Below, piece by piece: positions 63,952 to 64,000 of a stretch of DNA of 64,000 nt (the stretch's first letter is position 1; every line of letters begins with the position of its first letter). The stretch covers positions 100,626,001-100,690,000 of the forward strand of contig NC_043003.1 of assembly GCF_006345805.1 (NCBI RefSeq), written 5' to 3'. Below the pieces are notes generated by a model. The model was given only the letters and a program-made list of their open reading frames with translations, was not told the DNA's origin and made no database searches. Both the position numbers and the translations under genes were made by a program. This DNA is from Octopus sinensis (lineage: Eukaryota).

Positions 63952-64000
63952 ACTCACTTACTCCACCTGCATTTGCTAGCTTTCCTCAGCCTTCCTCTAT

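Noticed and set aside
58197-64000. Further upstream CDC14 exon (expected ...NAAFL... segment)
   Set aside because: No matching peptide with splice sites was found by eye; it probably lies beyond the window.

Overview
AT-rich eukaryotic DNA, most likely an octopus/cephalopod (inferred from the SINE types and the extreme (TA)n/(CA)n density). The only host gene I can support is a minus-strand CDC14-family dual-specificity phosphatase. Six GT-AG exons (58114-58196, 49354-49420, 46629-46691, 43197-43284, 6909-7139, 3298-3436) splice into one open frame of about 223 codons containing the intact HCKAGLGRTG catalytic loop; the gene continues beyond both ends of the window. The rest is intron, including one intron of 36,057 bp, and is filled with transposon remains: Tc1/mariner copies (one with a nested non-autonomous LTR element), an internally deleted Helitron, RTE, CR1 and R4/Dong-like LINE fragments, Penelope-like relics with hammerhead-like motifs and fold-back palindromes, several SINE families, long-TIR MITEs, and 24-bp and 33-bp minisatellites. 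The most unusual items are: a 5S-rRNA-headed retroposon within a head-to-tail chain of (AAT)n-flanked R4/Dong-like LINE ends; a hammerhead-like motif in the sense orientation of the giant intron; a zero-spacer palindrome of about 260 bp; and a 41-copy minisatellite whose single-copy form is visible in the neighbouring duplicate. No prokaryotic system, CRISPR array or intact autonomous element was found. Most ORF-track entries are microsatellite artefacts. All identities were judged by eye, not computed.
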